This document shows, in pieces, positions 30,199 to 39,828 of a stretch of DNA of 64,000 nucleotides. The position numbers and the translations under genes are program-made. A model generated the notes under the pieces. That model was not told the DNA's origin and searched no databases. It saw only the letters and a program-made list of their open reading frames with translations. Source of the DNA: a virus; the IMG/VR virus record IMGVR_UViG_3300032753_001573, positions 1-64,000 of that record; one strand, given 5' to 3'. Numbering within the stretch: position 1 is the first letter of the stretch; every line of letters starts with the position of its first letter.

Positions 30199-31049
30199 GA
30201 CCCGCTTAGATACCTCAACAAAGGCCTAATACCTACTGGTTGCCCGCCCTGTGTACGAGCTAGATGTATAGCTTTAGTTGGTAGGAGATCAAAGTCTCTA
30301 CAAATCTTATCATAATGTTCACCATACTGTTTCCAAAAATATTCTGGACCAAAGTGCTTCATAAATTTGATTCCCATGCTAACCAATGCTTGGGAATTCA
30401 TAGCAAAATCGTTCATGATCGTTACGGCGCCGTTGGGAACTTCTCTGGCAAATCGTAAACCTATTCGGTTACCTCCCATTCCACCTTTACTTAGACTAAT
30501 ACAAAATGTAGAAACAGCAGGATGGTCAAAATTGAATTCAATACCATTTGAACAACTCAACCAAGCTCCGTCAATGTGAACTGGTATTTTTAATTCATAA
30601 CATCTGTCTAGTATATTATCCATCAATGGGTGTATATCACCACAAAATGGGAACGGCATAGATATTAACAGTTCTTTGTTTGGCCACAGGTTGTTAAGAG
30701 TTGTATATTTGATGTTTGGATTCAACCTCCAATGATACTTGTAATCGTTTTCGAACGTCATAATACCATCGCGTCCGCAACGTTGATATAAATCATCTAT
30801 AAACTGTGTACATCCGTGTGTTATATCTAACCGAGGAAATGCACGATATCCGCTGAGCGTGTTCAATGTATGCTGATCTAACCATTCTAAAAATGTTTGT
30901 TTAAATTGATCCTCTAAGTCTTTGGTATGTATTGGATTTTCTTTGTAAAATGAATCATAAAACCTATTAATAGTATTGTCGTACATTGGTTGAGGTCGAT
31001 CTTGTTGCAACCATTCTTTGGTATATTGTCTATTTGGATTATCTCGCAT
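30195..31049 (-). CDS. PLP-dependent enzyme (fold type I-like)
   Basis: G.TQ, Y.YH, ISMPF, VHIDGAW (Asp), SLSKG (candidate Schiff-base Lys), RIG.R; ATG 31049 preferred. Confidence 0.65.
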   Translation of the reverse strand: MRDNPNRQYTKEWLQQDRPQPMYDNTINRFYDSFYKENPIHTKDLEDQFKQTFLEWLDQHTLNTLSGYRAFPRLDITHGCTQFIDDLYQRCGRDGIMTFENDYKYHWRLNPNIKYTTLNNLWPNKELLISMPFPFCGDIHPLMDNILDRCYELKIPVHIDGAWLSCSNGIEFNFDHPAVSTFCISLSKGGMGGNRIGLRFAREVPNGAVTIMNDFAMNSQALVSMGIKFMKHFGPEYFWKQYGEHYDKICRDFDLLPTKAIHLARTQGGQPVGIRPLLRYLSGS

Positions 31050-31098
31050 GATGCATTTTAATATGTTAAATTGAAATTTCAAACATTAAACTTATATT

Positions 31099-32283
31099 AT
31101 GGAACCTTGTATATTACCTTGGATCAATTTTGGTACAAATACATTTGGCAGGCCTAGAACTTGCGGATACAGCGAGATGAAATCATCTCGCAAATTAAAA
31201 GACGGAACTCTTTTGGATCATTGGAATGACGAGTATTTCAAAGAAGTACGTAGAGAGTTTATTAAAGGTCAATGGCCTAAAAATTGCAGACGTTGCGAAT
31301 ATGTTGAAAGTTTAAACGGTACCAGTAAGAGAATGGGAGAGAATACTTGGTACTTAAATGATAATAAACATCTTATAGCTCAAACAGCAATTGACGGATC
31401 AGTTCCTTATCCACCTTCTCACTTAGATATAAGAGTTGGTACTATATGCAATCTGAAATGCATACACTGTGGTACTGGTGCTAGCAGCAAATGGCATGAA
31501 GATAAAACCATGTTAGGGAAATATCCAAATACAGAAGATTACAAGATAGATAACAAATGGATAGAGCAAGATAGCACCATATGGGATAACATAAAGGATA
31601 GTATTGGGTTTGTCAAAAGACTTAATTTCTTAGGTGGAGAACCGTTTGCTAATAAACAGCATAATAAATTCATAAAAGATATATGTTCAACAGAACATGC
31701 GCAAAATATAACATTATCTTATGTAACAAATGGTCTATTGATTGATCAAGAAATATTAGACTGTCTGTCTAAATTTAAAACTGTTATTATTAGAGTAAGT
31801 GTTGATGCACCAAGTAAAGCTGGAGAATATTTTAGATTTCCATTGAAATGGAATAAGTTTATGGATCAATTGAATTTGTTAGACACTCATGCAAGTAAGA
31901 ACAATAATATTGATCTTGGACTTCAATGGACATGTAGTAACATAAGTATGTTCTATCTAACTAACACTTATACTCTTATGAAAAATTCTTTCCCTGATAT
32001 CAAGTTTATATTTTGCAATCACGTTGAATGGCCATTGCATATGAGTGCTCAAGTATTACCCAACGATGTTAAAAACGCTATTGCGTTAGAGATAGACAAA
32101 TACAACTGGGGAATAGATCGCGATGTAGTAATGTTTTACCTTAATCATATGTTTGAAAGAAATCTGTGGGAAGAATACGGTCATACTTTTCTCAATTATC
32201 TAGATGATTTAGACACATCTAGGAAGATCGATTGGAAGTATAGCCTTTCTGAAATGAATCTCAGTGCATATGATACAAGATAA
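31099..32283 (+). CDS. Radical SAM protein with N-terminal twitch-like domain
   Basis: PCILPW...C...CRRC; CNLKCIHC; GGEPF; TNG; SVD. Confidence 0.9.
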   Translation: MEPCILPWINFGTNTFGRPRTCGYSEMKSSRKLKDGTLLDHWNDEYFKEVRREFIKGQWPKNCRRCEYVESLNGTSKRMGENTWYLNDNKHLIAQTAIDGSVPYPPSHLDIRVGTICNLKCIHCGTGASSKWHEDKTMLGKYPNTEDYKIDNKWIEQDSTIWDNIKDSIGFVKRLNFLGGEPFANKQHNKFIKDICSTEHAQNITLSYVTNGLLIDQEILDCLSKFKTVIIRVSVDAPSKAGEYFRFPLKWNKFMDQLNLLDTHASKNNNIDLGLQWTCSNISMFYLTNTYTLMKNSFPDIKFIFCNHVEWPLHMSAQVLPNDVKNAIALEIDKYNWGIDRDVVMFYLNHMFERNLWEEYGHTFLNYLDDLDTSRKIDWKYSLSEMNLSAYDTR

Positions 32284-32301
32284 TATAGAAGGGACTGTAA
32301 T

Positions 32302-33060
32302 ATGGGCGAGCTTTTTAAAACTGACATAGATATACCAACTGATGCATTTGGTATAGGATTCAAATTATCAGGTGGTGCCGATAGTAGCATAGTATACTAT
32401 GCAGTATGCAAGGAATTGGCAAGAAGAGATCTAAAAATTCCTGTATACGTAACTACTCTAGACACTGATATAAAACTATGGTACAGTCACTACGCTAAGA
32501 AAGTTATTAATTTCACTGCAAACGAAACAGGTGTAAGTCCGGTTAATCATATTACTAATTATATATCAGGCCCATATGACGACGACAGGTATACGGATGG
32601 GCAAGACATTATGGTATATAATCTTGTTGATGATAGAAAGATAAATGTTTTGTATAGCGGACTTACACAAAATGCAAAAGTACAAGATCTATATGATGCA
32701 GCTATCGGACATCCTGATATCAAATTAAGTTCGGCGCCATTGATGGAATGGTGTATCAATGGTACTGATCCGACTAGGAATGATCATTCTAAACAAGGAT
32801 ATCGCGGTATTGACCGCAAGCATGCATCATTACCGTTTTGGGCAATATATCCGTTTTTGCATCATGATAAAAAATATGTAGCAGAACAGTATAAAGATTA
32901 TGACGTTATGGAAAAGTTGTTTCCATTAACATATAGTTGCGAGCATGAAAATTCTGAGATAAAGACCAAATTAGATATAGTTGATGGATTCCAAGAACAC
33001 GCACACTGCGGACAGTGTTGGTTTTGTATAGAACGAGTTTACGGTTTTGGAAAGCTGTAA
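32302..33060 (+). CDS. QueC-like PP-loop ATP pyrophosphatase
   Basis: LSGGADS PP-loop; PF...DK..VA..Y; T.SC...HCG.CW.C.ER Zn site. Confidence 0.75.
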   Translation: MGELFKTDIDIPTDAFGIGFKLSGGADSSIVYYAVCKELARRDLKIPVYVTTLDTDIKLWYSHYAKKVINFTANETGVSPVNHITNYISGPYDDDRYTDGQDIMVYNLVDDRKINVLYSGLTQNAKVQDLYDAAIGHPDIKLSSAPLMEWCINGTDPTRNDHSKQGYRGIDRKHASLPFWAIYPFLHHDKKYVAEQYKDYDVMEKLFPLTYSCEHENSEIKTKLDIVDGFQEHAHCGQCWFCIERVYGFGKL

Positions 33061-33061
33061 C

Positions 33062-33622
33062 ATGAAGATATGTATAACAGGCAACAACAATAGTGGCTTA
33101 GCAGGCGCATTAGCTACAATATATCCATCGGCTACATTTATTAGCAGACATACTGGATATGATCTAACAACTATTGCCGATCAAAATAGATGTGCAAGTA
33201 TAGCACTTGAACACGATGTGTTTGTTAATTGCGCTGCACTTTGGAAATTTAATCAGACTATTCTGTTAGATACAGTATATAAACTTTGTCTAGACAATAA
33301 ACATCCAATACATATTATATGTATAGGTAGTACCACTGATAGAGTTAAAAATGGCAAAGCATGGTTATACAATGCTGAGAAGAAAGCATTAAGGGATTAC
33401 TGTAATACATTAGCATTGGGAGGTGTTTGGGGTTCATCGCCTAAGATAAGCTATCTAAGCTTAGGTACGTTATCTAATAATCAGGAAAAACATCCGGATC
33501 GAAAATGTATTGATATGTCTTTAGCTGCTAACTATGTAAAATGGTTGATAGATCAGCCAAGAAATATAAACATAAATGAAATTAGTATAGATCCAATGCA
33601 GGATGGTAGATGGTATGAATGA
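33062..33622 (+). CDS. Short-chain dehydrogenase/reductase-like protein
   Basis: ITG...GLA, SR..GYD, D.FVN.A, IGS, YxxxK (YNAEK). Confidence 0.75.
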   Translation: MKICITGNNNSGLAGALATIYPSATFISRHTGYDLTTIADQNRCASIALEHDVFVNCAALWKFNQTILLDTVYKLCLDNKHPIHIICIGSTTDRVKNGKAWLYNAEKKALRDYCNTLALGGVWGSSPKISYLSLGTLSNNQEKHPDRKCIDMSLAANYVKWLIDQPRNININEISIDPMQDGRWYE

Positions 33623-33689
33623 TCAACTTAAATGGAGTCAATACGATTTCACTAAGATACCGTTTGATGATATTGTTAAATTTGGCTGA
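33615..33689 (+). pseudogene. Orphan 5' fragment duplicating the start of the radical SAM gene at 34504
   Basis: Encodes MNDQLKWSQYDFTKIPFDDIVKFG*, versus MNSNLKWSEYDFTKIPFNDIVKFGQ at 34504. Confidence 0.85.
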
Positions 33690-33718
33690 TTTTGTAATAA
33701 TATTTGTATAAATAAGGT

Positions 33719-34507
33719 ATGACATACTACATTGTTTACAAAACGACAAATTTAATTAATGGCAAACGATATATAGGTTATCATAAAACAGATAATTTAG
33801 ATGATGGATATTTAGGATCTGGATTGGTTTTATTAAATGCTATTAAAAAATACGGTAAAGAAAATTTTATTAGAGAAACACTAGGAATGTTTAGTGATAG
33901 TAAATCTGCATTAGATTACGAACGAATGTTAATTACAGAATATGTAATATATAGCGATGATTTTTACAATTTAATGCCAGGTGGTATTGGCGGAGATGCA
34001 AAAGGCGAATCATCTCGTAATTATGGTATAAAAAAATCTACAAGTCACAAAGAAAAATTGAGTTCTTTACGAAAAGGTAGATTTACTGGAGAAAATAATC
34101 CATTTTATGGAAAAAAACACACAGATGAATTAAAGAAATGGTTCAGTGAAAGACAGATAGGCGATAAAAGTCCTGTATATGACAATACATTGTATAAATT
34201 TATAAATCATAAAACGGGCGAATGTTTCGAAGGTACACAATATCAGTTTGTACACAAATTTAACCTTGATTCAGGTAATGTTAATAAATTGGTAAGAAAA
34301 GTTGTTACGTCTTATAATATGTGGACGTTAGATGGTAATAAACCTTTGAAAAAAGGTCCAAAGATTGATGAAACTATCTATACAATATATAAGGATGATG
34401 AGATATTTGCAGGAACACGACAAGAAATAGAACACATGTTAAAAACATGTATATCTAGATTTTTGTCAGGTAAAATCAAAACATGTAAAAAATGGAAACT
34501 TAAATGA
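33719..34507 (+). mobile_element. Free-standing GIY-YIG homing endonuclease with NUMOD3-like repeats
   Basis: IVY.TTN.IN.K.YIG.H......D.YLGSG...AI.KYG..NF; NPFYGKKHT; own late promoter TATAAATA 33707-14. Confidence 0.9.
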
Positions 34508-35643
34508 ATAGTAATCTTAAATGGTCTGAATATGATTTTACTAAAATACCGTTTAATGACATTGTTAAATTTGGACAAAGAAGTTTATTATATAAGGATA
34601 TTTTTTGTGTAAGTTGGATCGTCGGAAGGTATTGCAACTACAATTGCAGTTATTGTTGGCCTTATGCTAGGAGTAATACTAAAGATTATAGACCGTTTGA
34701 ACTCAATCGTATGACTATGGATGAGATTAAGCGACAGAGCAGAGAACGAGGATATAACAGTTTCCATTTCAGCTTTAGCGGCGGAGAACCAACGGTATAT
34801 CCTGATTATCTTAAACTGCTAGCACACTATTCTAACGATACTGAAAATTGCAACTACCAAAGTGTGCATATGACTAGTAACATATCACAAGGAATTCGAT
34901 GGTTTGAAAAATATGTTGATACGACAAAAGATCTTCACAGAGTATCTGTTACTGCTAGTTGGCATCGCGAACAGGGTATCAAGCAAGGTGATTTAAAAGG
35001 ACATACAGAAAAATTTGCAGACAAGTTGGTATTTCTGCAAGAGAACGATGTGCAAGTAACTATAAACACAGTAATGGTACCTGAGTGGTTTGATACTCTT
35101 TATGCAGAAGCAGAATACTTTCTCAGCAGAGGCATTAATGTTACTCTCAAACCTCAAAGCGATCCCACAGCTAGCAGAGTAGTTGAGGGATATACTGCGC
35201 AGCAACTGGCTACATTACACAACGGCATGCCGCAACGAGATTTCACTGCAGTAAAGAGCAAAGTTGTTCGTCCAAAACCTCCGGTTAGCATGCATGCTAT
35301 GAGCATTAACAATGGTGATGATGCAGCAGTGCCGCAGATTATGCAGGTAGAGTTTGAAGACGATACTGGTAAGAAATGGTACATGGATCAGGCCGAGAGA
35401 TTCAATGCGTTTGATTTCAATAATTTCAAAGGTTGGGACTGCGAAAGCGGGTATCGCAGTATTATTATCAGAGAACCAGATGGTGCTATCAAACGTAGCT
35501 ATAGCTGTCAAGATAAACCTCTTGGTTACATTGAGACTGGATTCAAATTGTTTGATAAACCGATGACATGCATAAGCGATGCATGCGTTAGTAGTGCTGA
35601 TAGTAAGATACCAAAACAGCGATCTATTTCAAGAATTTTCTAG
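34504..35643 (+). CDS. Radical SAM protein with C-terminal Cys cluster
   Basis: W..GR.CNYNCSYC; FSGGEPT; TSN; F.GW.C..G...C...C...C. Confidence 0.9.
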   Translation: MNSNLKWSEYDFTKIPFNDIVKFGQRSLLYKDIFCVSWIVGRYCNYNCSYCWPYARSNTKDYRPFELNRMTMDEIKRQSRERGYNSFHFSFSGGEPTVYPDYLKLLAHYSNDTENCNYQSVHMTSNISQGIRWFEKYVDTTKDLHRVSVTASWHREQGIKQGDLKGHTEKFADKLVFLQENDVQVTINTVMVPEWFDTLYAEAEYFLSRGINVTLKPQSDPTASRVVEGYTAQQLATLHNGMPQRDFTAVKSKVVRPKPPVSMHAMSINNGDDAAVPQIMQVEFEDDTGKKWYMDQAERFNAFDFNNFKGWDCESGYRSIIIREPDGAIKRSYSCQDKPLGYIETGFKLFDKPMTCISDACVSSADSKIPKQRSISRIF

Positions 35644-36375
35644 GAGTTGTTCAACTTCTTGCCAATTGCGAATTATTTGTTTCTTTTCATCAAGAGTTAA
35701 CATTTTTCTAGTTAGTAGCTCATTTTGCTCTAGTTCATCTACATTAAGCGCAGTGTACGATGTATCATCTAGTCCATAGGTCTTTAACACACTGGGAATC
35801 AAGTTTACACAATCAGCAACCATTGATTCGTAGTTGATAATGCCGATGCAATCGCATTCATTTATCAATCTGTATCTATATTCGTTGTAAACATTTGTGT
35901 AACCTATTTCGGTTTTCAATTCGTCTAACGATACATCAAATGGACGTAACTCTTGTTTAAGTTTGTCTACAACATCCTGTTTGGTGGTAACCCAAACATT
36001 AGTATGTCGTGCTATATACCAACTGAGATATCGTTCTAATTGGTTGCGCTTTACTTCTATCCATTTTGCACTATGGTCAGACATCCATCGATCTAAATAT
36101 GGTATTGCAGAGGGATGAAAGGAATGTTTAATCAACCTATGTCGATGAGAAAAACTATCGTACATCTGTAAACGTTGGTCAAATTTGTTGCGGTCTGTGG
36201 TAACGATACCAGTAACCTCAAACCCAACATCGTGTTGCACTAAATTTATTGCATTGTTAGATGGTTCCCACATATCGGTGAACTCTAATCCTGCTTGTCT
36301 CAGCAATCTAGTAAAGTAATAGAATGAAAAACTTGTGCCTGTTCTAGGTAATCCTACTAAATGTAGATCGGTCAT
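35629..36375 (-). CDS. Sulfotransferase-like protein (Stf0-like)
   Basis: GLPRTGTS (5'-PSB loop), EP, R.....YLSW.IA..T..W (3'-PB-like), YE. Confidence 0.65.
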   Translation of the reverse strand: MTDLHLVGLPRTGTSFSFYYFTRLLRQAGLEFTDMWEPSNNAINLVQHDVGFEVTGIVTTDRNKFDQRLQMYDSFSHRHRLIKHSFHPSAIPYLDRWMSDHSAKWIEVKRNQLERYLSWYIARHTNVWVTTKQDVVDKLKQELRPFDVSLDELKTEIGYTNVYNEYRYRLINECDCIGIINYESMVADCVNLIPSVLKTYGLDDTSYTALNVDELEQNELLTRKMLTLDEKKQIIRNWQEVEQLLENS

Positions 36376-36875
36376 GGCTGTTCTATAATGTTAGCAAATG
36401 GTATGAAATCATCAATAGGTTCGGCATATTGGACTTGAAACACATACCTATCGTGCTCGTTGTTGTACATGGCGTGCACCTTTGTGGTATTCAGTATTAC
36501 AGGCTGCACCGTATAATGGTAAGTTTCACTCACTGATGAGTTATCATCTAAGCTGTCATAATACGTGACTGGTGCAAATTTATTCAATGAAGGTAACAGT
36601 GCAATACTGAGACAACTGGTACGATTTGACGAATCGTCTATGTGACGAGCAATGTGTGTACCTGCTCTAAACAGCGTGAAGATCTAGCCAGTTGATTTGA
36701 ATGGTATGTAACTGGTCATTTCAGATGCATCGATATCACCTGCATCTGCCCATTCTAAACCGACGCGAGTACCCTTCAAGCTAACATAGGCATTGTAATT
36801 ACCTACCAATGCCTTTGATACTAGTATTTCTCTAAAGGTAGATGATATGGTTTTTTTGAATTCTAGAACATTCAT
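36372..36875 (-). pseudogene. 2OG-Fe(II) oxygenase-like gene interrupted by one in-frame TAG (36684-36686)
   Basis: The two listed ORFs are in the same frame; the intervening codons read IFTLFRAGTHIARHIDDSSNRTSCLSIALLPS, giving HID...H...R. Confidence 0.7.
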
Positions 36876-37010
36876 GTTTTTTCATCCTTTATATAGGATT
36901 TATGCAATGTAGCCGCCTATATTTGAAAGATACCGCCGCATGGCATTTCCTGCAATATTTTGCCTAACAAACATCTGATAAATTATAGTATAGTCGAGGG
37001 GAAACCATAC

Positions 37011-37577
37011 ATGAGATACGTAGAAAAGTTAGATCTAACCTTTGATATAAACGATCTGCTTCGTGGTTTAGAAACCGTGCTTGCTATATGTGACTGGCAT
37101 CCTCATCACAATCAAATTGGTCTTACACAGTCAATTGGCTCGGATGCAATCGAATCATGGTACAATGCAGCCGGAAGCTTGATTTATAAATGGAGCAACG
37201 ATCCGTTTGACAAAGACGGTGTATTAAAGAAGATTGATATAGTTAGAGCCGAATCTGATTTTTGTTATTTTGTGCGCGAGTTTTCGGATACTGTTTTTAA
37301 AGATGTTTTTGATAAGTTATCTGCGAGGTATAAGCTTGGTAGAGTTAGATTGATGAAGAGCCGACCTAAGACCTGCTTAAGCTGGCACACTGACAGTGAA
37401 AAAAGATTACATATTCCAATAATTACCAATCTCGGTGCAAGACTGGTGATAGAAGATACTGCTAATCATCTCATTGCCGACGGTAGCGTTTACATAGCAG
37501 ATACTACCAAATATCACACTGCATTTAATTCTGGCATGGAAGACAGGATACATCTAGTAGCCTGTTTATTAGATTAA
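37011..37577 (+). CDS. Asp/Asn beta-hydroxylase-like 2OG-Fe(II) oxygenase
   Basis: RVRLM...P..CLSWH.D...RLHIPI.TN, HTA.N....RIHLV; GAGGGG RBS. Confidence 0.8.
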   Translation: MRYVEKLDLTFDINDLLRGLETVLAICDWHPHHNQIGLTQSIGSDAIESWYNAAGSLIYKWSNDPFDKDGVLKKIDIVRAESDFCYFVREFSDTVFKDVFDKLSARYKLGRVRLMKSRPKTCLSWHTDSEKRLHIPIITNLGARLVIEDTANHLIADGSVYIADTTKYHTAFNSGMEDRIHLVACLLD

Positions 37578-38624
37578 TCTTTTTGGTTTACTGCACCATT
37601 TGATGCATGCCTTGTTAGCAGTAGTGCATTTTTGTATGGATGTTTCTAATCCATCTTTGAACCATGGGGTAGATAAGATGGTTCCTAGCGGATGTTTGAA
37701 TACATTTATATCGCCCGACGATCTAAGATTTTGTATGCGTCTTACATTTTCGTCTAGGTCTGGATTGCCGTGATCGGCTTCAGTTTGAATCCAACAGCAC
37801 GGCCAAACATTGCCCTTGTAATCCATCTGTAGTCTTGCCTGATCGGCTGCTGCGCAGGATATTTGATGCGTGTCGTCTGAATAGATCAGATCTTCAAGTT
37901 TGAAATTTCGAATCTTTCGAGTTTCTGGTAGATATGATCTCAGCTGCAAATCGGTCTGGTGTAATTCGTGTTTGATACCTTTGCGATCTGTGTACCTGTA
38001 CACATCATTGCGTTCTTGAAAGAATCTCGCAGATTCTATAACATCCCAATGATCGGCACCGTGAGCTTTTGTGAGCTCCTTGATCTCATCTAAATACGGT
38101 TGATTATGTTCAAAAACAACAGTTAGTACTCCAACGGTATTAGCACATGCGTCTGATAGAGCTTTCATGTTAGCAAGTATCTTCTTGAGACTGGTGTTCC
38201 TCCGATACCTAGCATGCATTTCTTGGTTAATACCGTCTACGTCAAATTGAGTGTGCGTGTTTTTCCCGCCTATCAATCCAAGCTGTCTCCACCATTCTGT
38301 GGTCCGTGTAGATCCGTTGGTTGTTATCTTTATGATTGTTGACGGAGAACTTTCTCTGACATATCTAACTATTTCTAACAGATCTTTGCAGGTCGTTGGT
38401 TCACCATATAATCCTGAGAATATTATCTGATTCATGTGCTGCAAGTCTTCGGGTGAGAATGCTTGCTTGAAATCATTCAGCGACCACTTCTTGCGCTCTA
38501 GAAAATCGTAGGTATCTAATGTGCCTGGCTTAAATCTGTCGCATTGTGGGCAAGCAGCATTGCACACAGAGCTAAGCTCTACTAAGACTTTCAGTTTGTT
38601 AGAATTGTATAAGTCTAACCACAT
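37569..38624 (-). CDS. Radical SAM protein with C-terminal SPASM/twitch domain
   Basis: CNAACPQC; G..GEP; TNG; DG; C...G.VWPCC...C...C. Confidence 0.9.
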   Translation of the reverse strand: MWLDLYNSNKLKVLVELSSVCNAACPQCDRFKPGTLDTYDFLERKKWSLNDFKQAFSPEDLQHMNQIIFSGLYGEPTTCKDLLEIVRYVRESSPSTIIKITTNGSTRTTEWWRQLGLIGGKNTHTQFDVDGINQEMHARYRRNTSLKKILANMKALSDACANTVGVLTVVFEHNQPYLDEIKELTKAHGADHWDVIESARFFQERNDVYRYTDRKGIKHELHQTDLQLRSYLPETRKIRNFKLEDLIYSDDTHQISCAAADQARLQMDYKGNVWPCCWIQTEADHGNPDLDENVRRIQNLRSSGDINVFKHPLGTILSTPWFKDGLETSIQKCTTANKACIKWCSKPKRLI

Positions 38625-39622
38625 TATAACACTATGGTTCCTTTGAGTATATCAACATCTCTGGCCATTTGAGCCAATAGATTAGCCCTATGAGATAAAC
38701 CCTCCGGTATGATGCCCTTGTGTAATAAGCTATTGTTTACAAAATAGTATTTGCCCGGCGTAAGAACGTATCTACCTTTTTCAAAATCCATTACCACTGG
38801 GTCGATGGGAACCATGAGTCTGAATCCGTGCATTACTGGTGTTGCATGATCCTTGTGCCAGATTGTTTCCCACCCGTTCCGGCTAATCACATAGTTGTGC
38901 CTGAATACTTTAGATTCAAGCTGTCCATATACAAACTTTGCATATTCTGGGACGCTTGGGTCAATATCTGCAGTTCCTTGTATGTTAAGCGGATGGCTGG
39001 CATATTTCTCAGTAGTAAACCCTACATGCTTTAGATAGTTGATGACTTCTGCTGCGGGTACCAAAAATTTCTGAAACCTGTCAGACACATAGTGAGGTCG
39101 CTCGCTGCCTACCCAATCGTCTAGTTCTTTCCTTAAACGTTCTGGATCTATTGGATCTATAGCTAGCTCTACTACGCAACCATACATTTCTGGAGTTTCG
39201 CCGTAATGATGTTCTACTGGTAGTGTTTCGTAGGTATCCATGGGTAGTATGTTGTGTGTCATTGCTATCTGATCAATTTCTTGATAGCGTTTGGCTATGT
39301 CGTACATATACATGCCATTTGATAATTCAATTAGATGCTGTTTGTAAACAACATCGTCATTGGATAGTGGCATGCTCATAACAACTTTGCTGATCTTTAG
39401 ATCAATAGCTTTGCCTATCATCCGATACAGTGCACCAAATTCTGCATAGAAATCATTGTTTGTGAAATCATGCACGATGTAATCTGCGATATACGTGTCG
39501 CCGTTGGCTTTGCCAGCAACTAAATGTTTGCCTGTGGTATCTACAACAACCGCATCAGATGACGACAGATCAATATCAATTGATATCGTTGGATCGGTTG
39601 GCAGTGTTAGCATGGTTTTCAT
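38624..39622 (-). CDS. 2OG-Fe(II) oxygenase-like protein with N-terminal extension
   Basis: WHKDH....HGFR..VP, Y.VN...LH, R.NL; ATG 39622 overlaps the upstream stop (ATGA). Confidence 0.6.
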   Translation of the reverse strand: MKTMLTLPTDPTISIDIDLSSSDAVVVDTTGKHLVAGKANGDTYIADYIVHDFTNNDFYAEFGALYRMIGKAIDLKISKVVMSMPLSNDDVVYKQHLIELSNGMYMYDIAKRYQEIDQIAMTHNILPMDTYETLPVEHHYGETPEMYGCVVELAIDPIDPERLRKELDDWVGSERPHYVSDRFQKFLVPAAEVINYLKHVGFTTEKYASHPLNIQGTADIDPSVPEYAKFVYGQLESKVFRHNYVISRNGWETIWHKDHATPVMHGFRLMVPIDPVVMDFEKGRYVLTPGKYYFVNNSLLHKGIIPEGLSHRANLLAQMARDVDILKGTIVL

Positions 39623-39828
39623 TGTTTTGTGATTCCCCATTTGATTCTTAACCATATGCGTTCGTGTATGTAATAATCAAGGCTTAGAAACACATGCAGC
39701 AGTGTTGCAAATCCGGTAGCACTGCCGATGTCCCCTGTGAAAAGGTAAGTCAACGGCAGCGTTAATAACCACGCAGTTAGCCTGTAACTTATCATTCTCG
39801 TTATAGTGCGAGTATGTGTTTCTTTCAT
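39619..39828 (-). CDS. DUF2061-like small membrane protein
   Basis: ET..RT.....SYR, YYIHERIW..I.WG. Confidence 0.75.
   Translation of the reverse strand: MKETHTRTITRMISYRLTAWLLTLPLTYLFTGDIGSATGFATLLHVFLSLDYYIHERIWLRIKWGITKQ

Noticed and set aside
33690-34503. Group I intron around the GIY-YIG gene
   Set aside because: Only about 30 nt of non-coding flank and no ribozyme core; the duplicated start explains continuity
32302-35643. Canonical 7-deazaguanine (que/dpd) cluster
   Set aside because: No folE, queD or dpdA recognised; the radical SAM proteins are not QueE-like in size or Cys content
36684-36686. Genome-wide TAG recoding
   Set aside because: Other genes are intact under code 11, and TAG ends genes at 35643 and 56328
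36900-36974. 24-aa minus-strand ORF MFVRQNIAGNAMRRYLSNIGGYIA as a RiPP precursor
   Set aside because: No RBS or precursor-like features; lies in a divergent promoter region
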